Positions 1-8,309 of a stretch of 64,000 bases of DNA are shown one piece after another (the stretch's first letter is position 1; each line of letters opens with the position of its first letter). Both the position numbers and the translations under genes were made by a program. Origin of the DNA: Alphaproteobacteria bacterium. Its GTDB lineage: Bacteria; Pseudomonadota; Alphaproteobacteria; UBA7879. The stretch spans positions 24,114-88,113 of the forward strand of contig CBCXTT010000003.1 in assembly GCA_965178295.1 (NCBI GenBank), written 5' to 3'. The notes beneath the pieces were generated by a model. That model made no database searches and was not told the DNA's origin. It was given only the letters and a program-made list of their open reading frames with translations.

Positions 1-1283
1 GTTTGAAGATATGTTTTGATCTCATCGCCAGTCATAAAACTGCCAATCTTGTCGCGCATAATACACTTAATATAGTGCGCAAACCTAGACGCTGCAAGCA
101 TATAGGTGAGTCGAGCAGAAATATTGGCATTAGAATTTGCCTCAGCCGTATTGTATATCTTCGGCTTTTGCGTTGTTTGTGCACCAAAGAACGCCGCTTT
201 GTCTGTTGCCTTTTCGTGACAGAGCGCGATAAACCCGAGATCACTTAACTCTTTTTCACGACGGTCCGTAATCGCGATTTCAGTTGGACATTTAAGGGCA
301 ATATCGCCATCTGTTGTGTGGAAAGTATAAACCGGTAGATCTTCAACCAAGCCACCGCCTTCAACACCACGAATCGCTGCAGTCCATCCAAACTCGAAGA
401 ATGCATTGGTAATACGTTGTCCTAACATGTAGCATGCGTTTGTCCATGTGAACGTGTTTTCCGTAGCGCCGTCAACAGTCTCTGTGTAAGCTAGACCTTC
501 AACCGGGTTGGTATCTGGACCGTATGGCTCACGAATCAAAACCCGTGGTAGCGTCATGATCATATAGCGAGAATCTTCTGTCTCACGGAAAGAGTTCCAC
601 TTTATTTTATCAAGTGAGTCAAACAAACTTGCAAGATCTCGTGGTTTCCCAAGATCTGTGAAGGCCTTCAAGTTAAACATGGAAGGATCTGGCGCCGTGA
701 TCATGGGAGCGTGTGCCGCTGCCGCTACGTTGGACAACTTTGAAACAATCTCCATGTCTGCAGGTGTCGGCTTAAAGTAGTAATCGGCAAGCAAACAAGA
801 ATAAGGGTGCCCACCAAACGTACCATACTCTTCTTCATATATGTGCTTAAAGAGTGTGCTTTGGTCAAATTCAACTGCTTTTTCAAGGTCGTCAGCAATT
901 TCTTGCTTGGAGGCGTTGAACAGACGAATTTTAAGCTCGGTACCGGTTTCTGTGTTCATTACGAGATAGTTAAGCCCGCGCCACGATCCTTCAAGTGCCC
1001 GGAATTTATCATGATGCAGTATTTCATCTAGTTGTTGGCCCAAAAGATTATCAATTTCTTGAATTTTTTGATTTATAAATGCAACAGCATCATTGCTCAC
1101 AACCCCACCTTGTGTATTCAAGACCTCTTGTACGAACGTGGAAACCAGATCTTTTGCGTACACTTCTTGAGATGGATCATGGACCAAGTTTCCTTGGGTT
1201 AAGATTGTGTCTAAAATTCCACCCGTTGGTGCAGCAGCCCCACCTTTTGCAGGTGTAGTTGGTGTCTGTGTTTGATCAGCCAT
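1..1283 (-). CDS. tssC: Type VI secretion sheath large subunit TssC/VipB, N-terminal ~427 aa; the gene runs off the left edge of the window
   Basis: Manual reverse-complement translation from ATG (complement of 1281-1283) gives MADQTQTPTT...LPRVLIREPYGPD...GGLVEDLPVYTFHT...ARLTYMLAASRFAHYIKCIMRDKIGSF, which is diagnostic of the TssC family. No stop in the window explains its absence from the ORF track. Confidence 0.9.
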   Translation of the reverse strand, partial: MADQTQTPTTPAKGGAAAPTGGILDTILTQGNLVHDPSQEVYAKDLVSTFVQEVLNTQGGVVSNDAVAFINQKIQEIDNLLGQQLDEILHHDKFRALEGSWRGLNYLVMNTETGTELKIRLFNASKQEIADDLEKAVEFDQSTLFKHIYEEEYGTFGGHPYSCLLADYYFKPTPADMEIVSKLSNVAAAAHAPMITAPDPSMFNLKAFTDLGKPRDLASLFDSLDKIKWNSFRETEDSRYMIMTLPRVLIREPYGPDTNPVEGLAYTETVDGATENTFTWTNACYMLGQRITNAFFEFGWTAAIRGVEGGGLVEDLPVYTFHTTDGDIALKCPTEIAITDRREKELSDLGFIALCHEKATDKAAFFGAQTTQKPKIYNTAEANSNANISARLTYMLAASRFAHYIKCIMRDKIGSFMTGDEIKTYLQ

Positions 1284-1310
1284 TATTTTTCTCCCTTGAA
1301 CCCTTAAGTC

Positions 1311-1876
1311 TTATGATTTTTTAGGTGGTGACGATGGTTTTGCATCCCCACCTGCTGCAGCACTACTTCCTGCTGGTGCAGCCCCAATATTAAGGGACTT
1401 CTTCAATTGATTTTGCGTGTCTGTGTTGGACAGCACATCTGTAAGTAACGTGTCCAAAGTATCGTTTCCATCTAATTTTGTCATCAAATCATTGAGCTGT
1501 GTGCGCATCTGGTAGAGCTTATTCATTGCAGGGATTTTCTTGATCACGTTTATAGGATCAAAATCATCAATGCTTTGGAATTCGAGCAACAAATTAAGTT
1601 GCGTATCGTCATCTGTTAATTTGTTGTCCACTTTGAATGCGAGGCGTGGCCGTTGTTTTGCCATAATAACATTAAAATTATCACGATCAATTTCAGCAAA
1701 TTTACGTTTTTTTACGGAGTCCATCGGGTTGTCAGGATCGCGATCCCCTGAAAGGTCTGAAATGACACCTACGACAAAGGGTAATTCTTTCATTTCAATT
1801 GCATCACCAATCTCTACATCATAAGTGATGTGTACACGTGGTGGACGGACTTTGTCCAGTAAGTGTTGAGTCTCCA
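1311..1876 (-). CDS. tssB: Type VI secretion sheath small subunit TssB/VipA
   Basis: The ORF track gives 1311..1898 from a GTG. The family-typical start METQHLLDKVRPPRVHITYDVEIGDAIEMKELPFVVGVISDLSG is at the ATG (complement of 1874-1876), preceded by AGGGAG. It lies immediately upstream of tssC as expected. The C-terminus carries an extra Ala/Gly/Ser/Pro-rich tail. Confidence 0.85.
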
Positions 1877-2174
1877 TTTTGATAACTCCCTGTTGCACAC
1901 TTGTTATTAACTTAACTTAACTTAAAACAAGGATGGCATGTTTTTTTTTACTTGTCAAAGGGGGAAGTGGAAGATTTTTTTATAAAAGGTAGGGATAACA
2001 GATAGAACGCTACAGCTATTGTTTAAAATACATATATTCCAAATAATTACATTTGCTCTATTAGGGAAACATATATGCAAAAAAGTATGCTGTGCGTTCT
2101 TCTATCCTTTTCATTTTTAACCTACCGGGTTACAATAGCATGTTGACCAATATATAGCTTGATGAGAGACCGAG

Positions 2175-2837
2175 ATGGGCATACGTTATCCAGAATTTGT
2201 AGAGAATCCAGAAAATCGCTGTCCAGTGATTTTGTTACTTGATACATCCGCATCCATGGCCGGTGATCCTATAATGGCGTTAAATGCAGGGCTTGCAAAT
2301 TTTAAATTTGATGTCGAACACGATGAATTAGCGCTGCTGAGGGTAGAGGTTGCAATTATAACGTTTGGGACAGAGGTGTCTATACTGCAAGATTTTACCA
2401 CGATTGATAACTTTACAGCACCCCAGTTGGACGCCGAGGGTAAAACACCCCTCGGCCACGCTTTGAAAACAGGGCTGGCGCTACTTGAGAAGCGCAAAAA
2501 AATCTATCGTGAGGTGGGTGTGCAGTATTATAGGCCATGGATATTTTTGATTACAGACGGCGCGCCCACAGACGTATGGGAGCAAGCTGCAACCAATATT
2601 CATCAAGCTGAAGCAGAGAATAAACTGAGTTTTTTTACGATTGCTGTTGAGGGTGCGGATATGGAGATATTGCAGCAGGTGGCACCACCGTCACGCCCAC
2701 CGTTTACGCTTCGAGATCTGGCCTTTGATGCCTTGTTTCGCTGGCTATCGGCATCGGTTCGACGTGTTTCTACGGGGACAGTTGGGGGTGATATGGTGGC
2801 CTTGCCAGCAGTTTCAAGCTGGGCTGTGGCACGCTGA
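2175..2837 (+). CDS. Free-standing von Willebrand factor A (vWA) domain protein, TerY-like, cytoplasmic
   Basis: MIDAS motif LLLDTSASM (DxSxS) plus downstream ITFGT and LITDG elements. No TM or signal peptide. First gene of a plus-strand cluster divergent from tssB. Confidence 0.8.
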   Translation: MGIRYPEFVENPENRCPVILLLDTSASMAGDPIMALNAGLANFKFDVEHDELALLRVEVAIITFGTEVSILQDFTTIDNFTAPQLDAEGKTPLGHALKTGLALLEKRKKIYREVGVQYYRPWIFLITDGAPTDVWEQAATNIHQAEAENKLSFFTIAVEGADMEILQQVAPPSRPPFTLRDLAFDALFRWLSASVRRVSTGTVGGDMVALPAVSSWAVAR

Positions 2838-2851
2838 ACGGAGATCTAGTC

Positions 2852-3568
2852 GTGTGGTATATTGGGCATAGTGTGTCGGGAAAGAAAAGAGCACCAGGCA
2901 CTTGTCAAGATGTGTTAAGAGTCATGACCTGTGACCAACAAGTGGTTGCGGTATTATCTGACGGCGCAGGGAGCGCGGCACATGGTGGATTGGGTGCAAA
3001 AGTTGTAGTGCAGGCGGCTTTCTCATTCCTTCTAGGCCAAAAAATGCCAGGCCTACCATTGTGTGAGATGGCCGATGACTTGATTGCGCATGTCCGACAG
3101 ATCTTAATGGAAAACGCACGCAGTGTTCAAGTGCCAATATATGCACTTGATGCAACAATCCTCGTCCTTGTGGCAAGTCCGTTTGGCTATCAGGTGTTGC
3201 AAGTCGGGGATGGATTTATTGTGATTCAAAGTCAGGGAGAGATTGAGCGCATTGGAGCACCGCAAAAGGGTGAATATGCTAATGAGACCGTTTTTATTAC
3301 AGAAGATGGTGCGCAACCTGCGCTTTATGATAGTAAAGTGCCCGTACACTACTGGGCAATATCTAGCGATGGTCTGGAGCCAGTTGCAATTGAGGCAAGC
3401 GCTGGAACACCCCATGCGGCTTTCTTTCGACCGTTTTGGGAGTATTTAGACACAACGCCCGATATTGAGGAGGCAAACCAGGAGTTGCATAGATTTTTAA
3501 CATCCAGCCCTCTTCAGTCACGGATCCACGATGATGTATCTCTAGCGATAGGACATTGGCATGCATAA
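2852..3568 (+). CDS. PP2C-family Ser/Thr protein phosphatase (PppA/TagG-like)
   Basis: AVLSDGAGSAAHGGLGAKVV and VGDGFIV motifs typical of bacterial PP2C (SpoIIE-like) phosphatases. GTG start 15 nt after the vWA stop. The 3' end overlaps the next gene by 8 nt. Confidence 0.8.
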   Translation: MWYIGHSVSGKKRAPGTCQDVLRVMTCDQQVVAVLSDGAGSAAHGGLGAKVVVQAAFSFLLGQKMPGLPLCEMADDLIAHVRQILMENARSVQVPIYALDATILVLVASPFGYQVLQVGDGFIVIQSQGEIERIGAPQKGEYANETVFITEDGAQPALYDSKVPVHYWAISSDGLEPVAIEASAGTPHAAFFRPFWEYLDTTPDIEEANQELHRFLTSSPLQSRIHDDVSLAIGHWHA

Positions 3569-6353
3569 GGTATATAAAGCATCGGGTAGTGCTATTGTGC
3601 TCAAGGCAATTCTTGCGCGTGGAGGCGAAGGAGAAATTTGGCAGACGGATAACCCAGACGTTGTAACAAAGATATATCATGCGCAAGAGGCGATGCCGCT
3701 GGAGAAACTGGAGACCATGATTGCATCACCCCCCCATGATCCAACAATGGAGGCTCATCATGTCTCGATCTCATGGCCGCAGGAAGTGATATATGATGTG
3801 AATCAAGTGCCCATTGGTTTTTTGATGCCACGTGTGTCTGGCTCTCTAACGCTCAGCAACATTTACAACCCTAAGTTGCGACGGAACAAGGCGCCTGGGT
3901 TTAATTTTTATTACCTGCATACAGCGGCCCATAATATTGCGGCGATTATGGATTCTCTGCATGCACGTGGATATGTTCTGGGCGATGTTACGACAGAAAA
4001 CTTTCTTGTAAATGATCGGGCTTTGTGCGCCCTAAGCGATACTGATTCTATGCAAGTTCCGCATGGTAATAAAGTCTTTCGGTGTACAGTGGGATCCGAA
4101 GGCTTTACCCCACCAGAGCTTATCGGACAAGATTTTTATGCAATTGATCGAACGGCATATCACGACCGCTTTGGTTTGGCTATTCTTATACATCTTCTGC
4201 TTTTGGGCAGACATCCCTTTACGGGAACATGGCCTGCAGGGGAGGAACCCCTGTCTCTGGATCAGGCGATTAAAAATGGAATATGGCCTTATGCTACGGG
4301 AAAGAGACTGCAACCATCCATGCTTTCTGTTTCGTTAGATGTGATAGCGCCTCCGTTAAAAGCAGCATTCTTGAGCGCATTTAATGGAGAACCGGAATTG
4401 CGACCGACAGCGGCTGATTGGAAAAAGGTTCTGAGTGCTGCACGGGATGATTTGAGCGCTTGCGCGAAAAATAGCAATCATTATTACGATCACCATTTGA
4501 ATACATGCCCTTGGTGCGCGAGAGCGGAGGAAATGGGCCTTGATATTTATTCTGCTGTTTCAAATGACGTCATTGAGCACAAGGTGCGCTTTAACAAAGC
4601 TGTAAAAACAGACGATCAACGCTTGATGACACAATTATGGCAAGCGCATGAAACACTTCGTGCAGATGCTGCGTATCTGAATTTACGCGGGAGAATGCAA
4701 AAAATTGATAGAGATGTTCGGCTTTTGGATCGATTTAAAGCAGCTTGTCAGGAAGGCGTAGACGATGCAGCGCTGTTCCAGATGATTGCAGATAATCCTC
4801 GTCTTGAGACGCTCTCTGCATTTCTCCATGAAAAAATAAATGGGCAATCATTGGCTGTATTTTTTCAACAGCTTGATGCTCGCCGGAAGGCAATCGTGCG
4901 TGCTCAAGATGCAATTCGCCTAGCTGATCAATATTTTTCAGCAGTCTCTGCAACGCCGGCTCATGAGCAAGCCATCATTGATACTTCTAGGGCGTTAGAA
5001 GATATTCTGGAGACGCAAGGGCGTGCTGTTCCAGGTAATATGAGCGCGCGCTGGGCTATAGCTAAACAGCGCTTAGAATCGTGGAGAATATTTCAGCATG
5101 CACTGGATAAAAATGATTTCACGCTGCATAAAACATGGGTCGTACACGCAGAAAAACTCAAAGGTTTTCTGTTTCCAGATGACGTTCGCATGCACTTAGA
5201 GCAGGTGCAAAAACAAGATAAAATTCATGCAATATTTATGTCTCAGATTCGCAAGCAACCTTATGAAGATGCAGCTTTGATTGCGCTATGGGCCCAATAT
5301 CCCGCATTTCAAAAGACAATCTTTGCAAAAGAAAAGGTGTTTCGCGATAGATCTATTGAAGATTTTGTGTCGGATGCACAGAAACGACAGTTTCTGCTGC
5401 CTCTTTTAGATCACGCTTATGCGACATCTGATGTACACGGTATTTTGAATGCCTGGGATAAAAATGTGTGCGGGTATCATCCAGACTTCAAAAAATTTAA
5501 AAGCTATGCAGAAAAGTCTTTTGATGCTCAAAAGCGCTGGCATAAAGTACGGCGCTACATCTTAGAAGATGATCATGTGCAGATTGTGACGTTGTGGCAT
5601 GATAGTTTTACTACTCAGGCTATGCGAGAAGGATTGGGGCATAAGGTGCGTAATAGCTTTCGCCATCAAGAAACGCGCCGTTCCTCTTTTTCGTCTATGT
5701 ATTTTCCAAGAATGCGATTGCTTGAAAATTATATAGATGTATTGTTTCCCTGGCCTGTTTTGATCGATAGAACAGAAAAACGTGTGCGCACATCCTATGT
5801 TGTGGGCGTGGCTCAATCAACGTATGCAACCCCAGATCTAGAGAGGTGCAAGAGTGCGCTGAATATGCGTTATATATCGGCGGATAAATGTGGAGAAATT
5901 GGCCGATTAATATTACCTAGAACAATGCCAAAACCCCATATATTTATATGGGCGGCAGATTTTACAGCAGGGGGGGTGAGGCCTATAGGTTCTCACTTAT
6001 ATGTAACACACAATCAGAACTTGCCAACGATATCATATGATATTTTCGTTCAATCCTTTTGGAAAAGGGGCCGTACAACCATTGGCGTGCATATAGATGT
6101 AAATCAGGATATGCATTTACCATCGTTAGACGTTGTTGCAACGCATGGTCGCTTCCCTATTTTTCAGGATCCAGAAGCCATTGTTCTTGCTACTCTGCCA
6201 CCGTGTTGTTTAAAGATGGGGGGGCGTCACAAGATTATGATTTCCTCGAAACATCCGATCGAACGTGATATGATATTTCGCCTACAGTCACAGGAGAAAT
6301 TTTTCATGGACAACGTGACATTCGTTTACAATAGGCCACAGAAATATGCATAA
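3561..6353 (+). CDS. Divergent Hanks-type Ser/Thr protein kinase (PpkA/TagE-like) with ~600-aa C-terminal region of unknown function
   Basis: Recognisable kinase subdomains in the N-terminal ~330 aa: GGEGEIW (G-loop), VTKIY (Lys), HARGYVLGDVTTENFLV (catalytic loop D...N), LSDTDS (DFG-like), GFTPPEL (APE-like), DRFGLAILIHLLLLG. Residues ~330-930 are helical with a CPWC pair and no family I can assign. No TM segment. Overlaps the PP2C stop in an ATGCATAA arrangement. Confidence 0.75.
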   Translation: MHKVYKASGSAIVLKAILARGGEGEIWQTDNPDVVTKIYHAQEAMPLEKLETMIASPPHDPTMEAHHVSISWPQEVIYDVNQVPIGFLMPRVSGSLTLSNIYNPKLRRNKAPGFNFYYLHTAAHNIAAIMDSLHARGYVLGDVTTENFLVNDRALCALSDTDSMQVPHGNKVFRCTVGSEGFTPPELIGQDFYAIDRTAYHDRFGLAILIHLLLLGRHPFTGTWPAGEEPLSLDQAIKNGIWPYATGKRLQPSMLSVSLDVIAPPLKAAFLSAFNGEPELRPTAADWKKVLSAARDDLSACAKNSNHYYDHHLNTCPWCARAEEMGLDIYSAVSNDVIEHKVRFNKAVKTDDQRLMTQLWQAHETLRADAAYLNLRGRMQKIDRDVRLLDRFKAACQEGVDDAALFQMIADNPRLETLSAFLHEKINGQSLAVFFQQLDARRKAIVRAQDAIRLADQYFSAVSATPAHEQAIIDTSRALEDILETQGRAVPGNMSARWAIAKQRLESWRIFQHALDKNDFTLHKTWVVHAEKLKGFLFPDDVRMHLEQVQKQDKIHAIFMSQIRKQPYEDAALIALWAQYPAFQKTIFAKEKVFRDRSIEDFVSDAQKRQFLLPLLDHAYATSDVHGILNAWDKNVCGYHPDFKKFKSYAEKSFDAQKRWHKVRRYILEDDHVQIVTLWHDSFTTQAMREGLGHKVRNSFRHQETRRSSFSSMYFPRMRLLENYIDVLFPWPVLIDRTEKRVRTSYVVGVAQSTYATPDLERCKSALNMRYISADKCGEIGRLILPRTMPKPHIFIWAADFTAGGVRPIGSHLYVTHNQNLPTISYDIFVQSFWKRGRTTIGVHIDVNQDMHLPSLDVVATHGRFPIFQDPEAIVLATLPPCCLKMGGRHKIMISSKHPIERDMIFRLQSQEKFFMDNVTFVYNRPQKYA

Positions 6354-7362
6354 TATATTTTCTAAATCATTGTGTCCGTACTGCTACAAGTCTTTTTATC
6401 CGTGGGAAAAAATGTATCGATGTCAGGCCCTGACGCAGGTATGCAAGCCTGTTGAAGATACAGTATATCATCGTCATTTTGGTACAAAAAAAATCATGGG
6501 GCATGTTGTGACACCTTCTATTCGAGGGTTTTCTGATTTGATGCGCTTTTTAAGCAAGGAGTTGGCAACACGTTGTACGAGCTGTGCATCTTTGGTGACA
6601 CAACCAATTTGTCCAGGGTGTCATGGGCATTTGCCTAAGCGACAAGGTAAGACACCTGTCGTACCTATTTTGCTTGCAGGAGCCAGTATTAGCGCTCTTA
6701 AAACGTATCGTTCAGCGCTTCTGCATCAACTCCAGGCGGCTGAAGGGCATATAGCTGGTATGATTGTTGAAGATTTAGCTGAGGGTGACGGCATTATTAT
6801 CTCTTTTGAGATTGCTCAAGGGCGGCGGACCAGGCTACCATGTTTTATCTCCACATTTCCGATGGTAACATGGAAGGACTTGGCGCGTCTCCCTCGTGCG
6901 TTTGATATAAACAAGTTATCTGGTGTGATCGCGGTATTGTCTGGAAAGGCGCTAGGTGATATAGGTCATCAGTATGCGATGACAAGCCTAAAGGCGTTAC
7001 TGGATGTGGCGGATGAGGAAAGAAGCTTTTGGCAGAAAACGCCACTTGCTATTGCCCTAGATGACATGGAAAAGTGGCAGGCTTGTGTTCCTGGCGGGAG
7101 TGTGCTGTGGGGGCGAGGTCAACATACCAAAGGGTATGACGTACAAGATGGATCCAGCGTTTCTGCTGAAGTGCGTGCCTGTTTTGGCTATTGGGCTGGG
7201 TTAAATGTACTGCAGTTTTTAAAGAAAAATTTTAAAACTTATAGTTTTTTTGGTATTTCAAAAGAGCGATATAGTACGGGCCGTGTTGCGCCTTATGCTC
7301 GTGTTGAGGATCCTTATTTTTGGCTGCTCTATCGGCAAAAAATACTTGAAAAAATGCTTTAG
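6346..7362 (+). CDS. Cys-rich double zinc-ribbon protein of unknown function (338 aa)
   Basis: N-terminus has CPYC...(~10 aa)...C...C and then C..C...CPGC, i.e. two zinc-ribbon-like Cys4 clusters in the first ~95 aa. The remainder is unassignable. Start overlaps the kinase stop by 8 nt (ATGCATAA), implying translational coupling. Confidence 0.6.
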   Translation: MHNIFSKSLCPYCYKSFYPWEKMYRCQALTQVCKPVEDTVYHRHFGTKKIMGHVVTPSIRGFSDLMRFLSKELATRCTSCASLVTQPICPGCHGHLPKRQGKTPVVPILLAGASISALKTYRSALLHQLQAAEGHIAGMIVEDLAEGDGIIISFEIAQGRRTRLPCFISTFPMVTWKDLARLPRAFDINKLSGVIAVLSGKALGDIGHQYAMTSLKALLDVADEERSFWQKTPLAIALDDMEKWQACVPGGSVLWGRGQHTKGYDVQDGSSVSAEVRACFGYWAGLNVLQFLKKNFKTYSFFGISKERYSTGRVAPYARVEDPYFWLLYRQKILEKML

Positions 7363-7457
7363 GCATTTTCAATGTAGTATGATGTTGTTACAATATCCTG
7401 GACTGGGCTATCTTCAGGCAGGGAAAGCGATGCAATATTGGAAGAGCGTATAGGAAT

Positions 7458-8303
7458 ATGATTGTTGGTCTGGTCGTCTTGACAGGCATTATTGTGGCTC
7501 TATCAGTATCTCTCTGGCTTAAACAGGATCACCATCAAGCTGCGCTCACACCGTATACAGTGTATTTTTCTGAGACCGTATCAGGCCTGCCTATTGGCAG
7601 TGCTGTAAAATATCGCGGCATTCGCGTGGGGTCAATTTCTGATATTCATATTCCTAGGAAAAATTCAGAATCCATTGCTGTAAGTGTGATGATTGATAAA
7701 AACACACCTGTTGGAATGGGGAGAAGAGCTTCTTTGCAAATGGCAGGCATTACAGGCGAGTCATATCTGGAGATTAGCGGCGCTGTCCATGATGACGGGC
7801 CTGTATCGCCTCCTGCTGGTGAGTCTGTTCCTGTTATTCCATCTGAAGAATCTTCTATTCAAAAAATTGTATCGACAACCCCTGCGCTTCTAACTCATGC
7901 AGATCAGCTGATTCAGAGAACCGCTACAGTAGTCTCGGTCGAAAACCGTGCAAAATTCTCAAAAATACTTGAAAATGTGCAAGATATTACACAGGCACTT
8001 TCAGATAGTCGGAGTGATTATAGCAATCTGATGTCAAATTTTCGTGTGATCAGTGAAGAAATGCGTACAACACTTCAGTCAATAAATGGCGCTATGGAGA
8101 GCCTAAATTTTGCAGGGAAAAATATTGATCATTTTGTTCAGGATGTGCGCCCCCATATTGCCAGTTTTGCAGAGAATGAGTTGCCTAACTTTGTCCTTTT
8201 AACAGATAAGCTTATGGCAACATTAGGTGATCTTAGGGACGTTTTGAGAACGATCGAGCCTAAGATAGAGTATTTTACCAGATGCGGGCGAAAGGAGTTA
8301 TAA
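7458..8303 (+). CDS. MCE/MlaD-family protein (single MCE domain, N-terminal TM anchor, C-terminal helical region)
   Basis: N-terminal TM MIVGLVVLTGIIVALSVSLWL. MCE domain signature YTVYFSETVSGLPIGSAVKYRGIRVGSISDI...AGITGESYLEISGA. Confidence 0.8.
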   Translation: MIVGLVVLTGIIVALSVSLWLKQDHHQAALTPYTVYFSETVSGLPIGSAVKYRGIRVGSISDIHIPRKNSESIAVSVMIDKNTPVGMGRRASLQMAGITGESYLEISGAVHDDGPVSPPAGESVPVIPSEESSIQKIVSTTPALLTHADQLIQRTATVVSVENRAKFSKILENVQDITQALSDSRSDYSNLMSNFRVISEEMRTTLQSINGAMESLNFAGKNIDHFVQDVRPHIASFAENELPNFVLLTDKLMATLGDLRDVLRTIEPKIEYFTRCGRKEL

Positions 8304-8309
8304 GCTTAT

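Noticed and set aside
1899-2174. ACTTA x3 direct repeat (cttaacttaacttaa) and T9 run in the tssB/vWA divergent region as a regulatory repeat array
   Set aside because: It is too short and simple to distinguish from chance in AT-rich DNA. It is noted only as part of the divergent promoter region.
2641-2871. 76-aa His/Arg/Trp-rich ORF overlapping the 3' end of the vWA gene in another frame
   Set aside because: It is an alternative-frame artefact. It has no RBS and its composition is driven by the GC-rich third positions of the real gene.
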